From Carpediemonas membranifera BICM (lineage: Eukaryota > Protista > Fornicata): a stretch of 64,000 nt of DNA. The translations under genes were made by a program, and so were the position numbers. The stretch is from positions 727,162 to 791,161 of the forward strand of contig JAHDYR010000064.1 in assembly GCA_019828565.1 (NCBI GenBank), in the 5' to 3' direction. Below the pieces are notes generated by a model that saw only the letters and a program-made list of their open reading frames with translations, had not been told where the DNA came from and did no database searches. This document shows, one piece after another, positions 1 through 10,526 of the stretch (positions are counted from its first letter, which is position 1; every line of letters starts with the position of its first letter).

Positions 1-1981
1 AAGGTACAAGAGACTGGTGAGATGGGCAGGGTGGACCAGGGCAAACATGCCAGCACTAGCGAGCAGGCTACTACTGGAAATATATATATGGCCCAGGATC
101 CTCTTCGGAGTCGAGGTGTGGGGGAACGCACCGGGAGGTAGAAGGATCTGGAATGACTGGCAGGGAATCATGGCAGGAACAGGACCGGGAGGGGGCGCAG
201 CCATGAGGCTGATGAATGGATGGGTGGACCTCCAGGCACACATGGAAGGGCTGGCAGTCAAAAGGATAGTCAACTACAGGGACCAGGATATACCAGTCAG
301 AAACAGAGAATGGGGGCGGGGCACGGTTATGTGGGAAGCTAGGGAGAGAGTGCAGCATCTACTGGAGGGCACCAGAGAGGGAGCCCCTAAACCAGCGCTA
401 CTGGATTATGGCATGGAAACGATCAGGAGGGGGTGGATGAAGCGGTGCAAAAGCCGTACGGCACTAGGACTAATGGAAATCATGGGGACAAGGAAATTAA
501 GCAAGTGTCTGCAAGGTAAGCCTACGGTAGACCGAAAGGCTGGGAAGGGGCAAAGCAGGGCGGAATGGAAGAGAATTGTATCCATTGCAGCCAATGTCAG
601 CCCATCCCCATCGTCGGCAGAGAGAGGGGAGGGCCCTATGAGAGCCATCACAGAGCTGGCCCAAGGCGCTGACCTGAAGAGAGAAATTAGCAGACTATGC
701 CCCCTATGCTCGGAGGAGTCGGAGGTGAGCCTGTTCTACAGGATCATTAGGGAAAAGCCAGGACCAGCAAGGAAGCAGGAAATGATCAGGGAGTGGGCAG
801 AGGGCCAGAGGCTAGGATCGGCAGCGCACATAATCTGTGAATGCCCGGCAGTAGACAGGGGAGATGCTTGGACAAAGCTGTGGACAGCAGCGAAGCACAA
901 AACTAAGGACTTGGAAGTAAGGCAGGGCCCACAGGGCGAATGGTACCAGGAAAGACCCATCCTAGAATTACAGCAACTAATAATATGGGGCTCGGAGGAC
1001 ATTTGGGAAGGCCTCACGGCAGGACTACGGGAACTGGCAAAGGTTTACAACAGCTTCAAGGTGGAATAGAAGCATGTCATGAACCCATGACTCCAGGACC
1101 GGGAAGGGATGGACAAGGAATCAGCCATGGACCACCCTCGCTGGGTGCTAAGCTCCTGGGATCAGTGAGGAAAGGCCCCACGTATCCCGGTAGCCAGGAA
1201 CCAAAGCAAGGGAAGGAACGACTGCAAGGAAAGAACAGGAAGGACAGAACAGAAATAAGAAAGAAAGGACATGCCACAAGGACAGAGCAAGGATAAGGTC
1301 AAGGAAATCCATATTCATATGGTTGCACCACTCGTTGGGACCCCAAGGAAACTGCAGGGACTGGCCACGGGGGTCGGAGGGGCACAGGTGCCCCTGCCGC
1401 CATTGTTAACGACATGGGAAACCAGGGACATGTAGTGCAAGCGAAATGTTGTAAGGGGTAACAGGACAACCAGGCCCAGTGCCTGGGGGTACACCACCCA
1501 TGCCCTGACCCACGCCACCTAACCGGGGTAGACAGCATGGACTTAGTCACTTTCCCCGCCTTCGGGTAGGCTTCTTAACAGAGTCGAGGGGGCATGGAAT
1601 TGGGGAACCGGACAGACGAGAGGGTGCCGTGGCTGAACGGCTCTACAAGGACTGCAGGGAAGCAAGGAGTGTCATAGTCAAGGTTCTGCAGGACGATCCT
1701 GCCTGTCAATGCCCCGAGGACAGACCCCCAGGCTCCCCGGATAGTTGCCGGACTTTCAGGGAGACAGGAAAGCATATTTGCACGGAGATGGCCGCAGGGC
1801 CTCTGGGGCGATTGGAATCGGCTTTCCGCGGAGACAGTAGCACCGAAAGCCCAAGGCAAACGCTGCTGACCAGTTTGCCACGGGAAATAGGCAGTACCCC
1901 GGGGCACTCAGTTCCAAGACAACGGGAAACAAGCTCAGTCCGGGGTCAGAATCCAAGCACCATAAATTTCTTCTTCTTCTT
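1..1981 (+). mobile_element. 3' part of a non-LTR (LINE) retrotransposon ending in a (TTC)n tail, inserted into gag of gypsy copy A2
   Basis: Purine-rich strand with ORF2-like C-terminus. Ends cataaatttcttcttcttctt, then abruptly joins sequence identical to 26941-27080. Confidence 0.7.
17..1069 (+). CDS. C-terminal part of LINE ORF2 (post-RT thumb region plus CCHC zinc knuckle); 5' end outside window
   Basis: IYIWPRILFGVEVWG resembles the LINE RT thumb motif. CPLC...HIICECP zinc knuckle. Confidence 0.65.
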   Translation: MRWAGWTRANMPALASRLLLEIYIWPRILFGVEVWGNAPGGRRIWNDWQGIMAGTGPGGGAAMRLMNGWVDLQAHMEGLAVKRIVNYRDQDIPVRNREWGRGTVMWEARERVQHLLEGTREGAPKPALLDYGMETIRRGWMKRCKSRTALGLMEIMGTRKLSKCLQGKPTVDRKAGKGQSRAEWKRIVSIAANVSPSPSSAERGEGPMRAITELAQGADLKREISRLCPLCSEESEVSLFYRIIREKPGPARKQEMIREWAEGQRLGSAAHIICECPAVDRGDAWTKLWTAAKHKTKDLEVRQGPQGEWYQERPILELQQLIIWGSEDIWEGLTAGLRELAKVYNSFKVE

Positions 1982-2118
1982 CCCGCTTGTATTCCTTCGC
2001 GGCGGAGTTGAGCAGTGGAAGGGAACTTACGTCGAATTTCGTAGCCATAGGGAGTGATTAATCACTGTGGCGTAAACGACGGGTATTCGAGAATTCGTTT
2101 TAATCAGGTGATGCGTCA
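1982..2118 (-). mobile_element. 5' remnant of gypsy family A, copy A2 (5' LTR, palindromic PBS, first codons of gag)
   Basis: Identical to 26941-27077 of copy A1. Confidence 0.9.
2066..2118 (-). repeat. Family A LTR (53 bp, TG...CA), 5' LTR of copy A2
   Basis: Exact copies at 2412-2464 and 27025-27077. Confidence 0.95.
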
Positions 2119-2411
2119 GTCGAGGTCCCAAGCGGGGAAGTGGTCTGCGAATGGCCTCGTCGGGCATGAGTGTAAGAGAGCTTCCCACTGTTCGAGCTCG
2201 GCTCTGTCTGCCGGCTGGAGGGCAAGCTCGTATGATGGACGGAGTGCTTGCAGCCGACGCAGCTTGTGGACGAGCATCGACGTGTAGGTGAAGAAGCCCA
2301 GGCGGCCTATCACCGACGCCCAGTCCTGAGCCGTGATCTTGTTGGAGGATAAGGCGGTCCTGATGGTGTCGCGGTACTTCTCTGCCTTGTCTTTGGGAAG
2401 GATAATGGTCA
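2119..2411 (-). pseudogene. Middle fragment of DIRS-like RT/RNase H ORF lying between the two family A insertions
   Basis: TIILPKDK...WASVIGRLGF...ELEQW continues the RT broken at 27078; GTCA duplicated at 2408-2411 and 27078-27081. Confidence 0.75.
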
Positions 2412-2464
2412 TGTGGCGTAAACGACGGGTATTCGAGAATTCGTTTTAATCAGGTGATGCGTCA
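2412..2464 (-). repeat. Family A 3' LTR (53 bp)
   Basis: Preceded on the minus strand by PPT aggggatggcag; its first three bases TGA are the pol stop codon. Confidence 0.95.
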
Positions 2465-3313
2465 CTGCCATCCCCTGAGCAGCTCGGGGTGAGCGGCTAA
2501 GAACTTCTTGGCGGCGGGAGTGTGGCGGACGGCGTCGATGGGCTCCCAGGACAGCTCGGAGCTACCGAGCCACTTGACGCGCAGGAAGCCGGGCTTGGAC
2601 TTGACGATCCGTTCAACGTACCATTCCTCTTGGTCTGTAGCGGCGAAGTAGGCGAGCTCGCCCTCAGAGAGGTCGGACTTGAGCGGAATGAGGTGGGACA
2701 GGTGGACTGTGCGTCGCGGTTCGTTGGCGAGGAGCGGTACGACGACTGCCGTGAACGGGTTGACCTCAATGACCTTGAACGGTCCGGTGTGGCCGTGGAG
2801 CTTGCTTTCAGCGTGGTTCTTGCGCAAGACGTAATCACCGGGCTTGACTGGAACCGACTGCGTCTCTGCCCTCCCCCTCACGAGTCTTGGACTGGCGTTT
2901 GTGAGCCTTGCGGCAGAGCTTGGCCAGGAGCGCGTCCATGACGGTGAGGTATTCGGCGACAGAGGTAAGCGGGGTCTCGTCCTCGGCGTTGTTGTCTGGC
3001 TGGGGTATCTGCCGGTCGGCAGCGTGTGTGCCGTAGAGTAGCTCGAACGGGGTGAACCCCGTCGCGCTGTGAACCGTGCTGTTGATTATCCACGCGACAT
3101 ATGGCAGTAGGGTCGTGGACCATGCGTCGAAGGAGTTAAATGCCAGCGCTAGGGTACGTAGGTGGCGCTTGATTTCGCGATTGACGCGTTCGACGTGACC
3201 GTTCGACTGCGGATGGAAAGGCGTGGTCCGGTGGTGTGTGACCGATAAGCGCTCGGTTAGAGCGGTGATGATACGGTTGGCGTATTCCGGGCCTCCGTCT
3301 GTGTGCAGGATGG
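2462..3313 (-). CDS. Element A1 integrase C-terminal half, GPY/F module and chromodomain (one frameshift at G-run near 2875)
   Basis: LHTDGGPEY, PFHPQSNGHVERVN, HTGPFKV, EEWYVERIV...VKWLG...SWEP. Confidence 0.88.
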
Positions 3314-3366
3314 TGTCCCAATCAATTGATTAAATCTCTTTCGCTAGCTGTTCTATCCATACCACA
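3314..3366 (+). repeat. Family B 5' LTR (53 bp)
   Basis: tgtcccaatc...ataccaca, identical to 18457-18509. Confidence 0.95.
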
Positions 3367-3378
3367 GTGATCACTGTC

Positions 3379-4501
3379 ATGGTTTTAGTCAGCAACAGCC
3401 GTTTAGACGAGTATCGTCTTCATGTTGCAAGCAAAAAGCAGCCGTCTAGCATCCTCTTTTTCCTCGGGAGCGAGAAACTAGCCGAAATCCGCGCGGCGTT
3501 CATCCCGACAACGAGATTCCCAACATTCGAGGATTTCCAATGCTTCTTTGAGACAGAGATCCGTCCTCCCATTCATAAGCCTTCCGAGCAGAATGAACCC
3601 GAGAAGAACGACGACGACAAATCGGCCGAGGAGCTCAGCGCTCTCCTGGCCAAGCTCAAGGATATAGACACCCAAGCGGCCTCGATCGCTTCAGACGAGC
3701 TGAAGCAGGCCTTCATCACCGCAGCCCTCAAGGCGGTCAGTCCGCCACCGACGGCCCCAGACACCTCGACCAACGCCTCAGAGCGCCTCTCGAGGGAGGA
3801 GCTCCGCGAGCGGGCGGACCTCTTGCTCACCTACACCGCGTACTTCGAGCTGACACCCGCCCAGCGGGCCAACCCAGCCGCTCGCGCGGCGGCGATCCTG
3901 GAAAGGACCACGCTCACAGGTGGAGACATCACCTCTATGCAGAAGATGTTCCTAGCTTTCGGCAAGCACTGTCGCCAGCTGAACCCCAAGTTCCCGACAG
4001 AAGAAAACGGTTACACGCCCCTCACCGAGAAGAGGCTGATATCCACGCTTTTCCGCGTGCTGACCCGCGGTTTTGACGTCACCGAAGCCGCCCTCGCCTT
4101 CGAGGATTTCGCCGACGGCGCCACCACCATCGATGACGTCCAGCACCGCATCCTGGCTTTGCCAACTAACTCCGATGGGACGATCGTCACGCCTTGGTCC
4201 TTCTGCCAGAGGACCTCCGGTCCCATGGCAGGCGCCAAGGTCCCCGCTACACCGGGCAACGGCCGCAAGACCTGCCGCGTCCACGGTCCCGGCGGCCACT
4301 CTACTGAAGAGTGCCGGCTGCTGAAGCGCCAGAGTCAGGCTAACAGAGCCACACCGGCGGGCCGCCAACCTCAAGATCCCCGCCAGGGCCAGGCCTCTCA
4401 ACGCACACCACACCAAGCCTCAGCCGCCCAGCAGAACCAGTCACGCCAGCCGCAGGCAGTTGGTCCCCAACGACAGGCCGCTGGACAACCACAGCAGCCC
4501 C
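3379..4501 (+). CDS. Element B gag (N-terminal part of gag-pol; continues at 15173)
   Basis: ATG 12 nt after the LTR; CRVHGPGGHSTEEC zinc knuckle; frame restored to pol when 4502-15170 and one CC are removed. Confidence 0.85.
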
Positions 4502-5460
4502 CATACTGTAAGAATGGCTAGAGTCTCCCGGGAGATACTCTGGAGATACTCATGTGTCAACGCTGGTCAAACCTCGCGATCCAGGCGATCTCAGGCACCT
4601 CCAGAACATCTAGAAGGTAGTTATAGAAGCATAAAAGACATGTCTGGCGTCTTGAAGTATCACATGGTGTCAGTGTTGATAAAAGAGGATAACGCATTTT
4701 ATGTTGTAAATGTGAAGTGCTCGTTCGAACATGGGATCTTAACAGCGGTGTTTTATAGCTAATAGCAATGCCCTCTGAAGTTTTCAGCCTCCAGTATCTT
4801 CTACTTCCGTATGAATTAATGATTGAATCAGAGATTGAGAGAAATGAAGACTTCCCCACAAAAACCAAACATGGGGGGATAATCCATGGGGGTCAAGTAC
4901 TATCCGTACATACTCAGGTTCTGTGGGGAAGTCTTCATTTTCTCGCATTCGAAAAATCTGCAAAATTTTATCAACGATGAGATGGTCTTGGAAGATTGTG
5001 CTAACAACAGAGGTGTAACTAGATCAACAAAGGATCATGGAACCCTTGGTTTGTCCTAACGCCCGAAACAGTGCCCAAAGAGCTCGTGACACAGGTGAAC
5101 GCCAGAAAGAAATGAAGTTGCTCAGAGTGTACACCATATTGTCCTAGTTCCAATACTTTTTACCATTTTCTTCCAGCTGCTTTCGTTGGCGAGTTTCATT
5201 TTTTCTTACCGTTACTTCCGCAGTATCTTGCAAGATTCAGGGGGAAATTCAAATTCACTTTTCCTTTGAGGGCAAAGCAGAATTGCGCAATAACGCATCA
5301 ATGGGTATGAGAAGCATAGAATACGTATAAAACTCAGTGTAGTTGCTGCTCACAACTTTTTGGAGGAAACAGAGCAGCGGAAGCCCCAAACCAAAAATCT
5401 TTCACAAACTCTTGTGAAACTTGTGAAATGTGAAAGTGACTTCAGCAAAAATTCCTGAGC

Positions 5461-8010
5461 ATGCACATTGTCATACAGACCTTCATTGGCACTGTCTACG
5501 ACAATACTGGCCCTCCAAGGACTGCAGAGCGTATGAACTACATTCTCGCTCATACATACCTCTCCCTTGTTGGTATTGGCGGAAATACACAGGATCGAGG
5601 CCGCCAGCGCCGAGAATTCCGTGAACTCATCTTGGAAATGGCTAACCAGGGCCTATTTGCGGACATGGAGGTCGATCCGAGATTTTTCGCCGACCCGCAC
5701 GACTCTCGACCCTTCTTGCGTGCAGTACGTTCCCATAGAGGAGTCGCCCCGACCTTCGATGTCTTCGTACGTGACCACGCGCGTATTGCTGTCACCCACG
5801 AACGCTTGCGGAGACAGCACGAGGTCTCAACTGAGGAAACTGACAACTACAAGCAGATTTTGGAGCTTGTTTCTATCCTGATGTACATCAAGTCGGGTTG
5901 TAACGCAACCCATGAGCTCTTTAAGCTCATCCGTAGTCTTTCTGCGCGACTTCATATGCCAATCATCTCCAGCAAGGCTGCTGATATCTTCGTGAAGCAG
6001 TTGCAGGTCAATATCACCAAGATCAACGGCCTGGTTGCAGCGCTGACTAGACCAGAGGTTGCTTTCTTGGGTCATCTCGTCCCTGTGGAGTCTGTCACAG
6101 TCAACACGACCTGGCGGTGGGGCAGAAATGGCACAAAGTCGAGACTCGAGTGCACCAATCGCCTAACGGTGGACGAGGGTGTCGATATCCAGCCCCTGAC
6201 GGACGCGGAGAACGTCATTGACTTCAAGTGGGAGAAGCCAATGCTTGATCTTCACTACGAGACGAGCGATGAGGCCACAAGTCATCGCCCTGAGCTCAAG
6301 CAGACCCAGGGAGTCACCCTCGGCAAGCGGCTCAACAGCTCCACATGGGACAAGGTTGATCGAGTCTGGTTTGATGCCGTTCGTTACCTCAAGCAAGCTG
6401 TTCGCCACCCGGAATGGCTCGAGTCGGACCAGCCCAACTACGTTCGATGCAAGAACGCCCTTGGCAACAGGGTTGGAGTCACGTTTAGCCCCATGAAGAT
6501 CCTACTATGGCTTGACGGGTGGAAAGGGGGTTCTGCTGCCTTCAAGCTCCGCATCTACGACCCCACAGGCTTCACATTCCCCAACAAGATTACTCCACCT
6601 TTCCGTATAGTCGAGTATATGGGTAGCGAGGGTGATTTGTTGATGGAAGAGTCTCTTTCTCGCGTCGAGAAGGAGATTGAGCGCCTATACACGAGTCAGA
6701 TACCCATCAGAGACACTGGTGAGGTCACGATCTTCGACCATGTCATCGTCATGGGCGATCATGCCGCCCTCCGCCACATGCTGTCCAGAAAGTCGGGCCG
6801 GCCCAACTATCCACACCCTTGCAACACGATTTACCACAAAAGTAAGGCGCTCCACCCGATAGCAGGCCGCCATCGTCTCACCATCAAGGACAACCTGGAC
6901 GATAAGACAGCATACCAGGCTGAAGTCGACGACCCGAACCGAGTTCAAGATGTACTTGCAATCTATGGCGATTTCACCAATGAACGCATGGTATTCGAGA
7001 ATTGTAGTGTCATCCCTCTTGAGAAGATCGTCATATGCCCTCCATTCATGCACGACTCGCACCGTTTACTCGAGCAGGTTGCCCATATCTGTGGTTCTTT
7101 CAAGAAGCATCCCACCACCCGCGGGTCCCGCGAGGAGATCATCCAGAATAAGCTCCTCAACCTCAAGCTTGGCCGTATGTCGTCCATGCGAAGCATCGAT
7201 AGGACCGTAGGTTGTAACGAGCAGTCGTCCGCACGTGTAAGGATGGCTGCCACGACCAAGAGGACTACGTTGCTCTCCCTGAGTGCATTCAAGATATCAT
7301 TCGGCTCATTGGCTACCTCCAGGCCATGTACTACTCGTCCGAACCTGTGACTGACGCGGCTGTCGCGTTTCACTTCATGGCTGCCGCAGTGGCCCACCTC
7401 ATTCACGTCACGATTGCGTTCATTCCTAACAAGGATAAGACTTCCATATCCCTGCTATCAAGCAGCGAAGCGAAGACGAAGGAGAAACCGTGCGCTGAGA
7501 ACCTCTACAGCATCAGCAGACTCACGACGCAGCCCCTGTGCCACAAGCATCTCAAGGTGCCGCTGTTCTATATCCTAGAGGAGTACTTTGAGCGAGAGTT
7601 CATCAAGAACCAGGAGGTAGCAGCCAAGTTGCACAGGAAGGCAGTCCTTGAGGGCATTTGCTTGATCGAGCAGACAACTCTCGCGTGTTCCTTCCTGACG
7701 GGCATGCGTTCTTTTTGGTCGGCAGGACTACTCTGTCCCCCAGCTCCAGCGACTCAAGTGTGTGCGAGTTCACGACTGCTGTAAGGATGCGAAGCATTGG
7801 TTTGGTGTCCGCACACTGACCACCGTGACCTTCGAGCCAACTCGTGAGATGATCCAGACCTTTCAGGAGACTGTTGATGAAGTGTGGGAGTTTGTAGAAG
7901 AGCATACGACGCTGACGTGGGGTGAGGAGGGCACGATGTCATGCAGTCTGGCGGACCATGGCATAGAGTTAGTTTGCTGCCTGTGTGGAGAGTGTAGCAG
8001 ACAGAATTGA
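5461..8010 (+). CDS. Putative DDE transposase, CMC/Transib-like (spliced: probable intron about 7175-7224 and another near 7700-7725)
   Basis: Motifs in the expected order: LLWLDGW, VMGDHAAL...YPHPC, PPFMHD, LEEYFERE. Largest ORF inside the TIRs. Exon structure is inferred. Confidence 0.62.
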
Positions 8011-8240
8011 GGCATCCGCGTGATATAAAGTGATGTAAGATGGTTCCGTGATAAATTCATTCATTTTTCATATGTGCCACTTTTTTTCATGAATGGCACA
8101 TTTCACATTTCGCAGGTTTCACAAAAAGTTTGTGAAAATGAACCAAACGGGGAAAGAATCTTGGACAGAGGATACTCTTGCAGCCCATAAGGCTTATATA
8201 CAGTACGTAAGACTTTCTGATAAGTCAGACATCATCCCCA

Positions 8241-8882
8241 GTGTCCGTACGTTTTTTTAAGCAGGACGTTGCCACGAGAGGAGTTGATGACATCGATCAT
8301 CGCTTCTTCATGTTTGTTCACCCAGTGTTGCCCAGGTATTTACCCAGATTGGTTGCGATTCGTGACTGCAAGACTGATTCCATCATTTCGGCCTTGTTGC
8401 TCACGAAGGAGTCATACAACACCGAAGCTACTGATGAAACCCCTTCCGAGCTGCGCCAGGACTTATATGTTGTGGTTATTCGCACGGCATTCTATGCCAG
8501 GGGCAATGGTCTCGCCACGATTCTTCTTTCGGTTGCCTCTGCCGGACAGAGGATCCGCCTGCAGTGTGTAAGTTCTCTTGTGCCAGCCTACCAGCGTATG
8601 GGGATGTCCATCTCCAAGCAAAAGTCCACGATGGAGTACCTGGATGATGCGAAACTGGTGACCATGGAGGCAACATACGGCCCGAACAAGTGGACGAAGC
8701 TCGGTGAGAGTCTCGTTGCTTGCCATGGATATGCCATGAAGTCCTGGAGGGCTCCCCCGTCCGTCGACTACGGTACGGCTTTCACTTCTGTGGACCAGGT
8801 CCAGCCTCCCCCAAAGAGAACCCAAGCCACCCAACCCACCCCTGCCCACCAAGCCCTCGGACAAGCTCAACCGCTACATTAA
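8241..8882 (+). CDS. GNAT-family acetyltransferase (transposon cargo)
   Basis: Acetyl-CoA motif A VVIRTAFYARGNGLATILL; motif B LVPAYQRMG. Confidence 0.72.
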   Translation: MSVRFFKQDVATRGVDDIDHRFFMFVHPVLPRYLPRLVAIRDCKTDSIISALLLTKESYNTEATDETPSELRQDLYVVVIRTAFYARGNGLATILLSVASAGQRIRLQCVSSLVPAYQRMGMSISKQKSTMEYLDDAKLVTMEATYGPNKWTKLGESLVACHGYAMKSWRAPPSVDYGTAFTSVDQVQPPPKRTQATQPTPAHQALGQAQPLH

Positions 8883-9116
8883 GCGTCTGAGGAAGAGTGT
8901 TACCCCGCACCCGACGCGCAAGAAGCAACGTGAGATAATCATCGCCCTTTACGACAGCAACCGAAGGGATTTGGTCCAAAAGATCGTGGATAAGAGATCA
9001 AAGATGCGTAAGGATTACCAGAAAGAGAACTATTTCGAGGAAGAGTGGTACCATCTGCTGTCTGAGAAGGAAGATGAGGAAGAGAATGAAGATTAAATGA
9101 AGAAGCAGTCGATTTA

Positions 9117-9803
9117 TTACTCATTTGAGTTGACGTTAGCTGCGTGGAAGAGCAGGAGGCTCGCGTAAACGGGTATACGCAGAACATCACGAGCCTCTGC
9201 AGCGGCACGGGCAGCGTTCCTCTTCTCAATCACAGCGGCGAGGTCCTTGAAGGTCTTCGAGTGCTTCTTGAGGACAAGCTGCGGACGCTCGAAGATGAGC
9301 TTAGAGTCCTTGCGGCACACACTCTCCAGAAGGACCTCTCTGACCTTGTCGACAGAGATCCCAAGCCTCTGGGCGACGAAGGCGTAAGCGCGGGGGCGGA
9401 CCGACTGAGGGATGCCGTGGAACAGCTCGCGGTACTCACGGACAGTTGCCAAGAGAGGGCTGCCATGGTCGACCTCATCTCCTTCGGCGTCCAGGCTGAT
9501 GAGGGCCCTGAAGCGCTTCTCCTTGGCCTCAGAAGACTCGCCCTTGTACTGCGCCATGATCTGCTCAATGCTATCGAGAGAACGGAACTCCGCTTCATCC
9601 CTAAGATCCTCCGGAACGAATGTGGGGAGGTCATTGGGGCGTCTGTCAACCACCTCATTGCAAATGCGGTTTCCGGTGGCGACATCGGCAGCGGAGATGC
9701 TTCCAGCAGCGTGCTCCTTCTCTAAGTAAGTAGAAATCATTTCCACAGCGTTTAGACGCTTTCTGCCCTTGCTCTTAGCAGTATTACTCCGTTTCGGAGG
9801 CAT
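9117..9803 (-). CDS. Hypothetical nuclear protein with HTH-like segment (cargo)
   Basis: Basic NLS-like start MPPKRSNTAKSKGRKR; AFVAQRLGISVDKVREVL helix-turn-helix pattern. Confidence 0.5.
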   Translation of the reverse strand: MPPKRSNTAKSKGRKRLNAVEMISTYLEKEHAAGSISAADVATGNRICNEVVDRRPNDLPTFVPEDLRDEAEFRSLDSIEQIMAQYKGESSEAKEKRFRALISLDAEGDEVDHGSPLLATVREYRELFHGIPQSVRPRAYAFVAQRLGISVDKVREVLLESVCRKDSKLIFERPQLVLKKHSKTFKDLAAVIEKRNAARAAAEARDVLRIPVYASLLLFHAANVNSNE

Positions 9804-10332
9804 AACGTTTCTTCAAGGTGCACTTTATGCTCGCAACGAAATTAGAAACCAAACGAAGAAAGGAGAAGAGTATCGATCCTCAAACGCTGGCAAGCATGTG
9901 TATATCACTAAAACAACATCATGAGAGCTCTGTGGCCTCGAATGGCCTGTAATAGAACCTAAACAACATCAACAATTGTAACTCGTCGAGGAAGCGTTGA
10001 GATGAACTATAAACGCGGGAATGGATCAAACAATGGATTTAAGAGTGGCATACAAGGCCAGAATACCGCAATTATCGTCCGTTGATCCACGTGACCTCCA
10101 TCTTGGTCGGTATCCAGAGAAAGCCCTTCAGACGCTCGCAACACAACATTTAGAAGACTTATCGTGAATGGCTCCTTCCATGATGGACCTTCACCTGGAC
10201 ATGCCATCTCTGACATGTCCAATGGTCTCCATTGAGCTCGCATTCATCCCTCTGAGCATCCGCCCCATGGTCCAATCAGATGCCCAATCAAAAATTCTGC
10301 ACCGAAGTGCCCCGAGGACCTCCTCTTAGTTC

Positions 10333-10498
10333 ATAAGGCTCTCAGAGCCTTATACACCAATTCGAAATCGTGTATAAGGCTCTCAGAGCCTAATGAATCT
10401 CCCGCGCGCCGTTGCCTACTGATACTGGTCATTTTTCCGCATGGTTTATTAGGCTCTCAGAGCCTTATGAATTTTTCATTAGGTCCTGAGAGCCTTAT
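10333..10498. repeat. Four copies of a 21-bp palindrome ATAAGGCTCT-C-AGAGCCTTAT in a divergent intergenic region
   Basis: Copies at 10333-10353, 10374-10394, 10448-10468, 10478-10498. Confidence 0.9.
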
Positions 10499-10526
10499 AA
10501 TCATGCAATCGGTTTTCGACTTCTAC

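Noticed and set aside
1070-1960. Extra ORFs or a ribozyme in the LINE 3' region
   Set aside because: No recognisable protein motif or hammerhead/HDV core found by eye.
2066-2464. Two 53-bp repeats as a CRISPR array or a TRIM
   Set aside because: They are the 5' LTR of A2 and the 3' LTR of A1, separated by DIRS coding sequence.
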